NCBI GenBank assembly: GCA_963674965.2
Contig: CAXXFL010000006.1
Coordinates: forward strand, 128,001 to 192,000
Origin: a bacterium
GTDB lineage: Bacteria; RBG-13-61-14; DATKZS01
Reading direction: 5' to 3'
Length of the DNA stretch: 64,000 bases
The notes under the pieces: model-generated
The model's database searches: none
Seen by the model: only the letters and a program-made list of their open reading frames with translations
Told to the model about the DNA's origin: nothing
Part shown: one piece after another, positions 10,215 to 20,329 of the stretch
Numbering within the stretch: position 1 is the stretch's first letter
Layout: every line of letters starts with the position of its first letter
Program-made: the position numbers and the translations under genes

Positions 10215-10533
10215 ATGGACAAGCCCCATTTGGAGTTGTTTGAAACGGTCGGCGCCTTGGGAGACATGAAGGGCGAGCCGGCCCTTGAACATGCCATATG
10301 AGGGATTGAACGAAAAGATGGCGATGAAAAGCCGGGAGAGTCCATTCTTCCTCACCTTGTAAAGAAGATAGCCGCGACCTTCGCGAACGCGACCGCTGAG
10401 GAATTCGCGCGGGTCCACGAAAAACATGGCCCCAAGGAGTATGAACTGGACAATGACCATCGCGCTTCCTATCTTGATGATCTTTCGAAACGCCGCCGAA
10501 AAAGGTCCCCGTATTATATCTGTGATGGAGTGA
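10215..10533 (+). pseudogene. Degraded DUF1877-like copy
   Basis: Reads MDKPHLELFETV...ALEHAI*GIE...LPHLVKKIAATFANATAEEF...; in-frame TGA at 10299-10301; the ending IFRNAAEKG..II is in a different frame. Confidence 0.55.
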
Positions 10534-10594
10534 GGAAGTATCTCAGGCGAAAAGGAAACGGACCGACGCTAAGCCAAAAGTAAGGAGCGAGGCA

Positions 10595-11074
10595 ATGGGT
10601 ATTGAACACGATTTGTATATCATTTCAATGGAAGAATTCGACAAGATGATGGCCGATCCGGATGATTGGGACGTATATGGTGAGATTGTCGAGATCAAAC
10701 GGAATACTGAATTGCACCTTGACATGGGCAAAAGTTCCGCCCTGACGCTGTTTTGCGTAATGGAAAATTTAAGCGAGTTGTATGGCCTCGACTCCTTGAA
10801 GGATTTCCCCTATTTCAAGGAACGGGTGCTTATGGATAAGGAGCACTACCATTCTTTCTATAAGCCGGACAAGGTCCAAGCGGCGGCGGAAGACCTGAAG
10901 CGGGTGAACGGGAAACGGTTCGACAAGGCCTACGCGGGCGCCGATAAATTCCATGACGACGATTACACCGAGGAAGGGCGCGAACGTTTCTTTGAATACG
11001 ATTTTTCCGGAGCGGTCGAGTTTTTCAAAATGGCCGCCGAAAAGGGAGCGGGCGTCATGTACACCTCGGGATGA
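10595..11074 (+). CDS. YfbM/DUF1877-like protein, copy 3
   Basis: AAGGAG/GAGG RBS; long identical stretches with copy 2 (LYIISMEEFDK, LSELYGLD, SFYKPDKVQA). Confidence 0.7.
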   Translation: MGIEHDLYIISMEEFDKMMADPDDWDVYGEIVEIKRNTELHLDMGKSSALTLFCVMENLSELYGLDSLKDFPYFKERVLMDKEHYHSFYKPDKVQAAAEDLKRVNGKRFDKAYAGADKFHDDDYTEEGRERFFEYDFSGAVEFFKMAAEKGAGVMYTSG

Positions 11075-11096
11075 TGCTCCACTTAGCGTCCGCGAC

Positions 11097-12140
11097 TCAT
11101 GCCGGTTTTAAATATCCTTTTATCAGCCGCCAGATCATGACGTCCCGGTTGTGTTTTTCGTCGCGGGTACGTATGGCCAGGATCGGCTCGGAGGGGTGGA
11201 AGCTTATTCCCACTCCCGGCCAATTGGCCACATAACCGGGAATCGGGGGGAGGGGCTCGAAGTTTTCGCATTCCCACGTCAGGACCTCGTCACCCTTGTC
11301 GGGGTTCGATCGGTCACGCGAACCCGCCGCGAGGAACCCGCCGTCCGAAGAAACGGCCGCGGTCCTTAACGTCACGTTCTCCAGTTCGATATTCCTGATA
11401 CAGTCTCCCGATTCAACGTCCAGAATTTTTATCGCGCCCTTGCTCGAGCAAAAGGCCAACCTCTTGCCGTCCGGAAACCAGTGCAGACAGTTCTCGCCCC
11501 TCGCGTGTCCTTTCAGTTTACATATTTGCTCGCCGGTCTTCGCGTCCCAAAGCCTCGCGTCCACCTCCTGGGAACAAGACGCGATCGTCGCGCCATCGGG
11601 CGACCACTTGACGCATAACGGACCGTCCAGGTGACCTTCCAACTCGCCAAAAAGCTCGCCGCTCAGGGGGGCCTTCAACTTGACGCAGGCGTCTTTATGG
11701 ACGCAGGCAATAACCTTCCCGTCGGGCGACCACTCGATCTCATCAACGCCCTGATGACGGGCGACCGTCTCGCCCGACGCGACGTCATATATGTGGAGAC
11801 TTTCCGCCTTGAAGTCGGACCCGACGGCCGAGGCGGCCACGTATTTTCCGTCCGGGCTCCATTCGACCCATCCTATGGAATCCGCCCAACTGGCGCCCTC
11901 CCGCTCGAGGAATCGAACCAGTCCTCCGATCTCGCAGTCCCAGATACCCACCCTCGCGTCACCCGAGGCCGTTGCCAGCATGACGCCGTCGGGCGACCAG
12001 GAAATGGCGTTCACCCGGGTCCCCGGGGAGAAGAAGACGCCGTCCGGCTCCCATCCGGTCGCGCTTTTATAATTGCCGTGATCGGCCAGGGTCTTGATCA
12101 GCTTATGCCGAATATTCTTTCTTCCTTTGTCAGCGGTCAT
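11097..12140 (-). CDS. WD40-repeat beta-propeller protein
   Basis: Repeated WSPDG...LATAS.D..V.IWD units; GGAG RBS. Confidence 0.9.
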   Translation of the reverse strand: MTADKGRKNIRHKLIKTLADHGNYKSATGWEPDGVFFSPGTRVNAISWSPDGVMLATASGDARVGIWDCEIGGLVRFLEREGASWADSIGWVEWSPDGKYVAASAVGSDFKAESLHIYDVASGETVARHQGVDEIEWSPDGKVIACVHKDACVKLKAPLSGELFGELEGHLDGPLCVKWSPDGATIASCSQEVDARLWDAKTGEQICKLKGHARGENCLHWFPDGKRLAFCSSKGAIKILDVESGDCIRNIELENVTLRTAAVSSDGGFLAAGSRDRSNPDKGDEVLTWECENFEPLPPIPGYVANWPGVGISFHPSEPILAIRTRDEKHNRDVMIWRLIKGYLKPA

Positions 12141-12174
12141 AGTTTGCTCCCGATCGAGTTAAGCAAGCGGCTTG

Positions 12175-12636
12175 TCATGAGATAATATAGCCCATCCCGT
12201 CGCCGCCGTCAGCCGCCTTTATGAACAGGTCCATCATGGGACGGAAGTAATCGTCATAGAGCTGCCGTCCATCGTTTTCCAAAAGGAACCCATAACTGTG
12301 TGGGTCGGCGGTCAATATGGCCTTCTTGTACATGTCGATCGTGATTTTTTTAAAAGCCGCCGCGACCTCCTGGACTTTTTCCGGGCTGAAATAGTAACCG
12401 TCGTTCTTGACATGGATGAAGTCCACGTGGGTAAACAACACAAGCGGTCCCAATCCATACAGTTCGCCTATCTCGTGCGCCACGTTGAAGGCCACGTCTC
12501 CGTACTTGTAAAGGTCGACTTTACGTTCTTCAGGTATGGGGTAAGTGCCCTCCAGATATACAACGGGCTTTTCTCCATCGTATCCCTCGGTGACCTGGTC
12601 CTCACTGACCCTGTAGAACATGTAGGTTATTGACAT
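12175..12636 (-). CDS. YfbM/DUF1877-like protein, copy 4 (divergent, opposite strand)
   Basis: VDLYKYG, ELYGL, SPEKVQEVA and FRPMMDLFIKAA match the + strand copies. Confidence 0.7.
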   Translation of the reverse strand: MSITYMFYRVSEDQVTEGYDGEKPVVYLEGTYPIPEERKVDLYKYGDVAFNVAHEIGELYGLGPLVLFTHVDFIHVKNDGYYFSPEKVQEVAAAFKKITIDMYKKAILTADPHSYGFLLENDGRQLYDDYFRPMMDLFIKAADGGDGMGYIIS

Positions 12637-12790
12637 CTACAATCCCTCGTTAGCAGTATAGTTTATCGAGGAGCATCTTCCAAAGTCCCATATTGCACGG
12701 CCTCCGAATATTTTCACTCTCCCCAGCGAGCATACCGCCTGGACAAATCCGTTATGGTTAGGGTGAGTTCGAATCCCTGATATAAAAGGA

Positions 12791-13222
12791 CTAAATCTTT
12801 CTGTCCAACGTCCGGTACCGCGCGGCCTCGGATAGGTGGGCGACCTGGATATCCTCGGCGCCCTCGAGGTCGGCGATGGTGCGGGCGACTTTGAGGACGC
12901 GGGAGTGGGCGCGGGCGGACATGCCGAGCTTGTCGACGCACCGCTGCAATAGCGCGTGTTCGGCGTCGTCCACTTTGCAGTAGGTCCGTATCTGCCTCGA
13001 GGCCATCTCGGCGTTGCACCTGGCCCGGGAGCGGGCGAAGCGATTCTTCTGGACGTTCCGGGCCGCGTTGACCCTGGCCCGAACCGACTCGGAGGGCTCG
13101 CCGCCTCGCTCGTCCGACAGCTCGCGATAGTTGACGGCCGGGACCTCGACGTGGAGGTCCACCCGGTCGAGCAGAGGCCCCGAGACGCGCGAGTGGTAGC
13201 TCCCGATCCGGCGGGTCGAGCG
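12791..13222 (-). pseudogene. comM: Duplicated 3' fragment of comM/yifB
   Basis: Encodes ...[16 protein letters not shown]...YRTLDRKI; 12961-13171 is identical to 16212-16422. Confidence 0.9.
12961..13171. repeat. 211-bp perfect direct repeat, copy 1 (comM 3' region)
   Basis: Base-by-base match to 16212-16422 (offset 3251); flanks diverge. Confidence 0.9.
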
Positions 13223-13535
13223 GGGGAAATCGCTCTGCTAAGATATTGAAAGAATTTAAAGATTACTTCGATTCGATTTCGCAAGATGAGCCGTAAAGTA
13301 TCTTGAATATGAAACTTGCCCCGCTCGAGATTAATGGAAACCTTGATGGCCTCCAATTGAAGATCATTTGGCAATGAGGTCGTTGCACGAATTTGTTCAA
13401 CGAAAACATTACGGTTATTCTGGTTTTGAGGGTAATATATATTAGAGACTGAATGAACCCAACGGCTGGGGCCAAATTTGTGAACGCGTGGTTAGTCGGA
13501 TCAATTAATAAAAAAGATTGAACTCGGGGTTTTTC

Positions 13536-15896
13536 ATGAATGAAATAAAACCAGTGGTATGTAGCATGTGCGACCTCGCCTGCACTCTGGAGGCCCACGT
13601 GAAGGACGGGAAGCTGGATCGATTGGCCGGCTTCAAGGATCATCCGCTCTGGCCGAACGTATTCTGTATTAAACCCGCGAACGCGCAAGACTGGTTTTAT
13701 AATAAACATCGTCTTCAGCATCCAATGAAGAGGAAAGGAAAAAGGGGCGCTGATAATTGGACCCGGGTAAGCTGGGAGCAGGCGCTCGACGAAATTTCTG
13801 AACGCCTGAAAAAGATAGTTGACGAGCATGGACCTGAATCCTTCGCCTGCGCGACCTCGGAACATAACTGCCAGGTAGCGAGCGGCGCGACGCGTCGTTT
13901 TATGAATCTTCTGGGAAGTCCGAATTACATCAGTGGGACCTCGATGTGCATGGGAAATACGGCCGCCGTCAACGGCATGACCTATGGGGGGTATCCTTTC
14001 TCGGATTTTGAACATACCCGCTGCATCGTGTATTTCGGGCATAATCCCAAGCCGAACGTCTGGGCCGGGGAATATAAGCGGCTCAAGGCCGCCCTTGACC
14101 GGGGCGCGAAACTGATCGTCATGGACCCACGTAAAAGCCACTCCGCGAAAATGGCCCACCTGCACCTTCAGCTAAGGGCGGGCACGGACGCCGCGATGTC
14201 TCTGGGATGGTTGAACGTGATCGTCTCGGAGGAGCTTTATGATAAACGATTTGTCTCGGAGTGGTGTACCGGTTTTGATGATTTAAAGAAACGGGTGGAG
14301 GAGTATCCGCCCCCGCGCGTGGAAAAAATAACGGGCGTTTCCAAAGACCTAATACGTGAAGCCGCCATAATGTACGCCACGAATACCCCGGGAGTCATCC
14401 CCTGGACGTGCATCACCGACCAGCAGAAAAACAGCACCTCCGCGCTTCGTTGCCAGGCCATTTTGAGAGCATTGACCGGAAACCTCAACGCTCCGGGAGG
14501 CGACGTTATCCTTTCGCCCAACCCGTTGATAATCTCCGAGTCGGAACTGGAACTTCACGAAGTACTTCCCCAGGATAAAAAAGACCTGCAACTCGGCGCA
14601 CAGGCTCACCCGGTAATGACTTACCGCGGCCAGAAGGCGCTTAACGATCCTCGTGGCAAAGTTTTCGGCATGCCATATATCAACATCTGCAAAGGACAAT
14701 ACATGGCCCATCCACCCGCGGTATTCAGGGCCATGCGAGAAGGCGATCCCTATCCTGTAAAAGCCTTTTTCTCCGTTGCCAACAACACGCTCATGCAGTT
14801 CGCCAACCAGCGGGGCATTTATGAAGCGCTCAACAATCTCGACTTGTTCGTGGTCAATGAAATATTCATGACGCCCACCGCGCAACTGGCCGATTACGTG
14901 CTTCCTGGAGACAGCTTCCTGGAACGTGACGCTCTATACGGGGCGTGGGACTGGGTCAGCAGTTACATGGTTTCCCGGAAAGCCATTGATCCCCCCGGTG
15001 AATGCAGGGACGTTTATTACTTCTGGCGCGAGATCGCTGTTCGTATGGGGATGGAGGAGCGCTTCCCCTGGAAGAACCTTGAGGAACTCTACGATTACAG
15101 GGTTCACAAAACAGGTTTGACCTGGAAACAGTTGTCCGATAATTTCCCCTTGTTTCCCTCTGTGCCGCCAACTGCGGCTAAATTCGCGCCCCTTGTTTTA
15201 AAAACGCTGAATGGAATGGGCCTACTCGGGAAAATTCAATCCCTGGCCACGTCCGTGATGCGAGGCAAGAGAAAAAAATGGGAAACCTTCGAGCGCGCCG
15301 GCGACAGGAAGCGAGCGGAAAAATATCTGGACAAGGCTTCCTTCGCGCCGTATCCCCACAAGAAGCTCGGCTTTGCCACTCCCAGCGGAAAGGTCGAGTT
15401 ATCTTCCAGCATCCTCGCGGACCTCGGATTCGATCCGCTGCCTTATTGGTCGGATATTGATGATACCGGCGACCCCTCCACCGATGAGTTCCCCTTGCAA
15501 CTCTTTATCGGTTTGCGTGAGGACGGATATTTCAACACCGTGGGACGCCATGTCGATAAATTGCGGGAGCGCAATCCCGAGCCGCGGGCCATTTTGCACG
15601 CCGAGACCGCGCGCAAGTTCGGAATCGAGGACGGCGCCTGGATTTATGTCGAAACCAGTTGGGGCAAGGTGCAGATGAAGGCTAAATTAAGCGATGACAT
15701 TCTGCCGGACCTTGTCAGGGTGCCCCATGGATGGTGGAAACCGGAAGAGGCCAAGGGCGAGCCGGGACTTTCCGGCGCATGGAAATATTCCGACGGCATC
15801 CTCCTCGATGATAACCCCGCCCACCTGGACCCCGAGCAGGGACTGCCGGATTTGCGCGGCGGCAGAAGATGTCGAGTGCGCCTGATGGAACAGTAA
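13536..15896 (+). CDS. Mo/W-bisPGD oxidoreductase family protein, acetylene hydratase-like
   Basis: [4Fe-4S] motif CSMCDLAC...FCIK, RRFMNLLGSPN, MCMGNT, IPW..TD.QKNS, MTPTAQLADYVLPGD, ATPSGKVEL, VPHGWW; no Tat signal. Confidence 0.85.
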   Translation: MNEIKPVVCSMCDLACTLEAHVKDGKLDRLAGFKDHPLWPNVFCIKPANAQDWFYNKHRLQHPMKRKGKRGADNWTRVSWEQALDEISERLKKIVDEHGPESFACATSEHNCQVASGATRRFMNLLGSPNYISGTSMCMGNTAAVNGMTYGGYPFSDFEHTRCIVYFGHNPKPNVWAGEYKRLKAALDRGAKLIVMDPRKSHSAKMAHLHLQLRAGTDAAMSLGWLNVIVSEELYDKRFVSEWCTGFDDLKKRVEEYPPPRVEKITGVSKDLIREAAIMYATNTPGVIPWTCITDQQKNSTSALRCQAILRALTGNLNAPGGDVILSPNPLIISESELELHEVLPQDKKDLQLGAQAHPVMTYRGQKALNDPRGKVFGMPYINICKGQYMAHPPAVFRAMREGDPYPVKAFFSVANNTLMQFANQRGIYEALNNLDLFVVNEIFMTPTAQLADYVLPGDSFLERDALYGAWDWVSSYMVSRKAIDPPGECRDVYYFWREIAVRMGMEERFPWKNLEELYDYRVHKTGLTWKQLSDNFPLFPSVPPTAAKFAPLVLKTLNGMGLLGKIQSLATSVMRGKRKKWETFERAGDRKRAEKYLDKASFAPYPHKKLGFATPSGKVELSSSILADLGFDPLPYWSDIDDTGDPSTDEFPLQLFIGLREDGYFNTVGRHVDKLRERNPEPRAILHAETARKFGIEDGAWIYVETSWGKVQMKAKLSDDILPDLVRVPHGWWKPEEAKGEPGLSGAWKYSDGILLDDNPAHLDPEQGLPDLRGGRRCRVRLMEQ

Positions 15897-16041
15897 GGAC
15901 AATTTTCATAGGAATTACTTTTCTTGCGGAAATAAAGTTGTGAATAAAAATGACGTCTGAAGAAATTTTATGCGGCAACATTGGAAATCGGCCAAGATTC
16001 GGGGAGAGATCATAGATTTCCAGAACCTTGGATAACCGACC

Positions 16042-17571
16042 TTACATTTTCCTGTCCAGCGTTCTGTATTGCACGGCCTCCGACAAATGGGCGACCTGAA
16101 TGCTTTCTGAGGCTTCGAGGTCGGCGATGGTGCGGGCGACTTTGAGAATCCTGGAGTGGGCGCGGGCGCTCATGCCCAGGCGGTCCACGCATTTCTGGAG
16201 GAGGGCGTGTCCGGCGTCGTCCACTTTGCAGTAGGTCCGTATCTGCCTCGAGGCCATCTCGGCGTTGCACCTGGCCCGGGAGCGGGCGAAGCGATTCTTC
16301 TGGACGTTCCGGGCCGCGTTGACCCTGGCCCGAACCGACTCGGAGGGCTCGCCGCCTCGCTCGTCCGACAGCTCGCGATAGTTGACGGCCGGGACCTCGA
16401 CGTGGAGGTCCACCCGGTCGAGGAGAGGCCCCGAGATGCGCGAGCGGTAGTTCTCGATCTGGCGGGTCGAGCAGGTGCAAGAGTGTTTCGGGTCCCCCAG
16501 ATATCCGCAGGGACAGGGGTTCATGGCGGCCACCAGCATGAAGCGGGAGGGATAGGTGATCGAGGCCACGGCCCGGCTGATGGTAACCAGGCCGTCCTCG
16601 AGCGGCTGCCGCATCACCTCGAGCACCTGCTTTTTGAACTCGGGAAGCTCGTCCAGGAAAAGGACGCCGTTGTGGGCGAGGCTTATCTCTCCCGGCTTGG
16701 GTATCTGTCCGCCCCCGATCAGGCCCGCGTCCGAGATGGTATGGTGGGGCGACCGAAAGGCCCTGGTGGCGATAAAGGGCTTGTCCTTCGAGAGGCGCCC
16801 GGCCACCGAGTAAATCTTGGTCGTCTCGAGTGATTCCTCGAAGGACAGGTCGGGCAGGATGGTGGGCAGCCTCTTGGAGAGCATGGTCTTGCCCGAGCCG
16901 GGAGGACCTATCATAAGAAGGTTGTGCCCTCCCGCCGCGGCTATCTCGAGCGCCCTTTTGGCGTGCTCCTGACCCCGCACGTCCGCGAGGTCGTGCTCGT
17001 AAACCCGCGAGGAATCGAACAGGGCGTCCACGTCCACCTTGGCCGGCTCGATTTGTGTCTCACCCCGGAAAAAACCCACCGCCTGGGCCAGGGTCGCGAC
17101 CGGATATACGGCCAGGCCGCCTACCACCGCCGCCTCGCTCGCGTTCTCATGCGGGACTAAAAGGCCCTTGACGTTTCTTTTCTTCGCCTCCACCGCCGCG
17201 GGCAACACCCCGGGAATGGAGCGAACCACGCCGTCAAGCGCCAGCTCGCCCAGCACCCAATAATCATGGAGGGCCGAGGCGTCGATCATGCCGTAGGCCC
17301 CCAAAACCCCGAGGGCGATGGGCAGGTCGTAGGAGGCCCCTTCCTTCTTGACGTCGGCGGGCGCCAGATTGGCCGCAATCTGAAAGGAGGTGGGGAAAGG
17401 ATACTCGCTGTTGGTGATGGCCGAGCGCACGCGGATGCGGCTTTCCTTTACCGCCGCGTCGGGCAGGCCGACGAGCTGGAACAGGAAGTTGCCCGGTACC
17501 AGGTCAACCTCGACGTCCACGGGAATGGCGTCCACCCCTAGGACCGCCGCGCTCTGGACCCGGCTCAGCAC
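16042..17571 (-). CDS. comM: ComM/YifB Mg-chelatase-like AAA ATPase
   Basis: [54 protein letters not shown]. Confidence 0.95.
   Translation of the reverse strand: MLSRVQSAAVLGVDAIPVDVEVDLVPGNFLFQLVGLPDAAVKESRIRVRSAITNSEYPFPTSFQIAANLAPADVKKEGASYDLPIALGVLGAYGMIDASALHDYWVLGELALDGVVRSIPGVLPAAVEAKKRNVKGLLVPHENASEAAVVGGLAVYPVATLAQAVGFFRGETQIEPAKVDVDALFDSSRVYEHDLADVRGQEHAKRALEIAAAGGHNLLMIGPPGSGKTMLSKRLPTILPDLSFEESLETTKIYSVAGRLSKDKPFIATRAFRSPHHTISDAGLIGGGQIPKPGEISLAHNGVLFLDELPEFKKQVLEVMRQPLEDGLVTISRAVASITYPSRFMLVAAMNPCPCGYLGDPKHSCTCSTRQIENYRSRISGPLLDRVDLHVEVPAVNYRELSDERGGEPSESVRARVNAARNVQKNRFARSRARCNAEMASRQIRTYCKVDDAGHALLQKCVDRLGMSARAHSRILKVARTIADLEASESIQVAHLSEAVQYRTLDRKM
16212..16422. repeat. 211-bp perfect direct repeat, copy 2 (inside intact comM)
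   Basis: Identical to 12961-13171. Confidence 0.9.
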
Positions 17572-17702
17572 GATTTGTATTCCTTGCTCAATATTTCCAA
17601 CCCATACTAATACTTATCACTTTCAGCCGCGTTTGCCAAACGCCCAAAACTTTGGCCGCCGCCTCGGCTTTTCCCGTCCTTGTTAAGGGGGACTCTTCTG
17701 GT

Positions 17703-19466
17703 ATGATCTTGGAAATGGACTTGAATGAAAAAATTGAGTCTATACCCGTCCGCCACCGGGCCGCGCTCACCTCGGCCGGACTGGCGGCCGTGTTTCTGTC
17801 CCTCGTGGCCTGGATATTCCACTACGGAGCGACGCTCATTAACGACGAATACGCGGCCATCGACTATATTTACCGCGTTATGGACCAGGGCTTTTTCCCC
17901 ACGCCTCACAAGCTGCATAAGCCCTTGTCCCTCGTCATGGGCCTCGCCTCGCGAGTAACCGAGTCGCCTTTGGGCTACGAGATACTCGTGGCGGCCTTCG
18001 CGGCCGTCTTCGTCTTTTTTCTTTACCTGGCCGCTAAAGAGACGATCGGGAAATGGCCCGCCCTGGCCGCCGCCATGGCCGTCGCCGCTCATCCCGACCT
18101 CATGTACTACTCATGCCGGGGATCGACCATCCTGCCTTTTTGCGCGCTTTGTTTCGCGGGGCTTTACGCCGCTATATTAAAGGACAAAATTCCGCGGGCG
18201 CTTTTTATTTACGCCGTCTGTTTTTTTCTGGCCGGACTGATACGCCCGGAGGCGTGGCTGTTCGGCGGTCCTCCCGTCATCTGGTGGTGGCCGGGCCTCA
18301 AGGACAAAAAGGGACTCATCCGTCTTTTCGCGGCCCTTTGCATTATCGGCATGGGCCCGGTCATCTGGTTCGGCAAGGACCTCCTGATCAACGGCGACTT
18401 AATGCACGGCATCCACGTGGCCACCAGGGACAAGGCGGTGGGAACGGGCGCGCCTTTCACGGCGCTGACCACGCTGAACTTCTTCCGGGTAAGGATACCC
18501 AACAAGATTTCCTGGCCCTTGGCGTGGGCGGGCCTGGCGGGAGCGGCCTGGTTTTTCCTGGACCTCTGCCGGGAAAGCGGAGGTGGGCTGAAGGGCGCGG
18601 CCAAGGCCGTCCTCCACCCCTTCATCGTCTCGCCCATCGTGGTCAGCTTCTACGTGTGGCTTATCGTCTATATGGGCGTTTATCCGGTCCAGCGTTACTG
18701 GTATTTCGACGCCGTCTTCGCCGTTATTTTCGCGGCCTACCTGGCCGGCAGGCTGCTTCCTCTCGTTTCGGCCGGGTATCCGGCGGCCTTGAAAATGGTC
18801 GTGATCGCCGCCTCCCTGGCCGGCGCCTTCTCCTTCGCCGTTTCCGGCCCCCGGGCGAGCGACCAGGACGGCTACTGGCTTCTCGCGGTGGCCGGGTTCT
18901 TCAGCCTTTTCCTGGCCTCCGCCATGCTCTGGGGCAGGGAAGCCGTCACAAGGTACAAGGAGTTTTCAATCGTCGCCCTGCTCGTGGTCATGGCCGGGTC
19001 CTATCTGGCTTTCCTCGGCATCCTTTACCCCAAGCTTTACACGGAACTTGAAGAGGAGGCCAAAGTGCAAAAAGAGATCACCCGAACGGCCACGTTCCTT
19101 ATGAACGAGATACCGCCGGGGCGCGGCGACAGGGTCCTCATCCCCAGCCGTCGCAACGAGCAGCTCAACTGGGAGTTCAGGGACCGGGAGATACCGGACG
19201 TGGTCATGTTCCGGGAGGCCTTTTATCTTAACGAGTTCAAGGGGGTTGATTTCCTCGACCTTCATCCCGACTGGATCGTCTACATCGACAAGGACTATCA
19301 GTTTTGGGGACCGGACAAGATGTTCAAATGGCTCTCGGTGCAGGACCACGCGAATCTGGGCGGAGTCAAGATCGACCTCGCCACCGAACTGGACCGGGTC
19401 AGGGTGTTCTCGGTCGATTACCCGCCGGGTCATCCGGCCAAGGCCCCTCTTCCCCCGATTCCATGA
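17703..19466 (+). CDS. Polytopic membrane protein, possible GT-C fold glycosyltransferase
   Basis: More than 10 hydrophobic segments, DE after TM1, LIRPEAW and QRYW motifs, soluble C-terminal domain. Start uncertain (17652-17715). Confidence 0.6.
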   Translation: MILEMDLNEKIESIPVRHRAALTSAGLAAVFLSLVAWIFHYGATLINDEYAAIDYIYRVMDQGFFPTPHKLHKPLSLVMGLASRVTESPLGYEILVAAFAAVFVFFLYLAAKETIGKWPALAAAMAVAAHPDLMYYSCRGSTILPFCALCFAGLYAAILKDKIPRALFIYAVCFFLAGLIRPEAWLFGGPPVIWWWPGLKDKKGLIRLFAALCIIGMGPVIWFGKDLLINGDLMHGIHVATRDKAVGTGAPFTALTTLNFFRVRIPNKISWPLAWAGLAGAAWFFLDLCRESGGGLKGAAKAVLHPFIVSPIVVSFYVWLIVYMGVYPVQRYWYFDAVFAVIFAAYLAGRLLPLVSAGYPAALKMVVIAASLAGAFSFAVSGPRASDQDGYWLLAVAGFFSLFLASAMLWGREAVTRYKEFSIVALLVVMAGSYLAFLGILYPKLYTELEEEAKVQKEITRTATFLMNEIPPGRGDRVLIPSRRNEQLNWEFRDREIPDVVMFREAFYLNEFKGVDFLDLHPDWIVYIDKDYQFWGPDKMFKWLSVQDHANLGGVKIDLATELDRVRVFSVDYPPGHPAKAPLPPIP

Positions 19467-19549
19467 GCCTGATTTTCCACCCTCGCCGGCAAAGATTATA
19501 ATAAGACCGGCTATCGTCATTCACCCAACGAAGAAAAAGGAGACGGAGG

Positions 19550-20329
19550 ATGTCCAAAAAGTTTATCGCTTTTGTAATTCTTATACTGGCGGCCGCCGCC
19601 ATGGCCAGGGGCGACGCGCCCGATCCCCGGGCGATACTCGATAAGACCCTTGCCCGCGAGTACAAGGACATGAACATGAAGGTCCACCTGGTCAAGATCA
19701 GCAAAAGCGGCAAGGAGCGCCCCATGGACCTCGAGGTGTGGCTGAAGAAGACGGACGAGGTGACCAAGACCCTGGCCGAGTTCACGGCCCCGGCCGAGGT
19801 GGCGGGCATGAGGAGCCTGTCGTGGGACTACGCCGACCCCGAGAAAAAGTCGGACCGCTGGTTCAAGCTGGCGGGCATGCCCTACACTAAATGCGTGGGC
19901 AAGGCCTGCTCGAGGATGGAGGAGCGTTTCGGGTTCTCGATGGATATTTTCGCCCTTGACGTCAACGACGCGGATCACGCCCTCCTCGGGGAGGACGAGG
20001 TTAACGGCTCCCCCTGCTACAAGATCGAGAGCGTGGCCAAGGACAAGGACAACGCCAACGGCGTCCGCTTCGTCACCCTGGTGGACAAGGAAAAGCTGGT
20101 GGCCCACAAGATCGAGTCCTTTGACAAGGACGGGAACGCCCTGGCCGTCTCGACCTTCACGGAGTTCAAGACGCTGGGAAACCACTGGTGGGAGACCAAG
20201 GGAGAGCTGGACAAGCTCGACTCGGGCAAGAAGCTCAGGTTCGAGATATCGGAGACCAAGGTGGACGAGGGGATAGACGACGCTATGTTCGAGCCGCCCA
20301 AGATTTTCTCGGTGGAGGAAAATGAATGA
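19550..20329 (+). CDS. Outer-membrane lipoprotein-sorting (LolA-like) protein
   Basis: Signal peptide, FTAPAEVAGMRSL, LLGEDEVNGSPCYKIES, GIDDAMF. Confidence 0.75.
   Translation: MSKKFIAFVILILAAAAMARGDAPDPRAILDKTLAREYKDMNMKVHLVKISKSGKERPMDLEVWLKKTDEVTKTLAEFTAPAEVAGMRSLSWDYADPEKKSDRWFKLAGMPYTKCVGKACSRMEERFGFSMDIFALDVNDADHALLGEDEVNGSPCYKIESVAKDKDNANGVRFVTLVDKEKLVAHKIESFDKDGNALAVSTFTEFKTLGNHWWETKGELDKLDSGKKLRFEISETKVDEGIDDAMFEPPKIFSVEENE

Noticed and set aside
10299-10301. In-frame TGA as selenocysteine
   Set aside because: The same relic also has a frameshift and a missing N-terminus, paralogs have no Cys there, and no SECIS-like hairpin was evident.
12637-13374. 245-aa ORF across the comM fragment
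   Set aside because: Off-frame reading of the comM duplicate with low-complexity Ser/Arg/Pro content.
12961-16422. 211-bp repeat pair as a diversity-generating retroelement TR/VR
   Set aside because: The core is identical, flanking mismatches are not adenine-specific, and there is no reverse transcriptase in the window; comM target duplication explains it.
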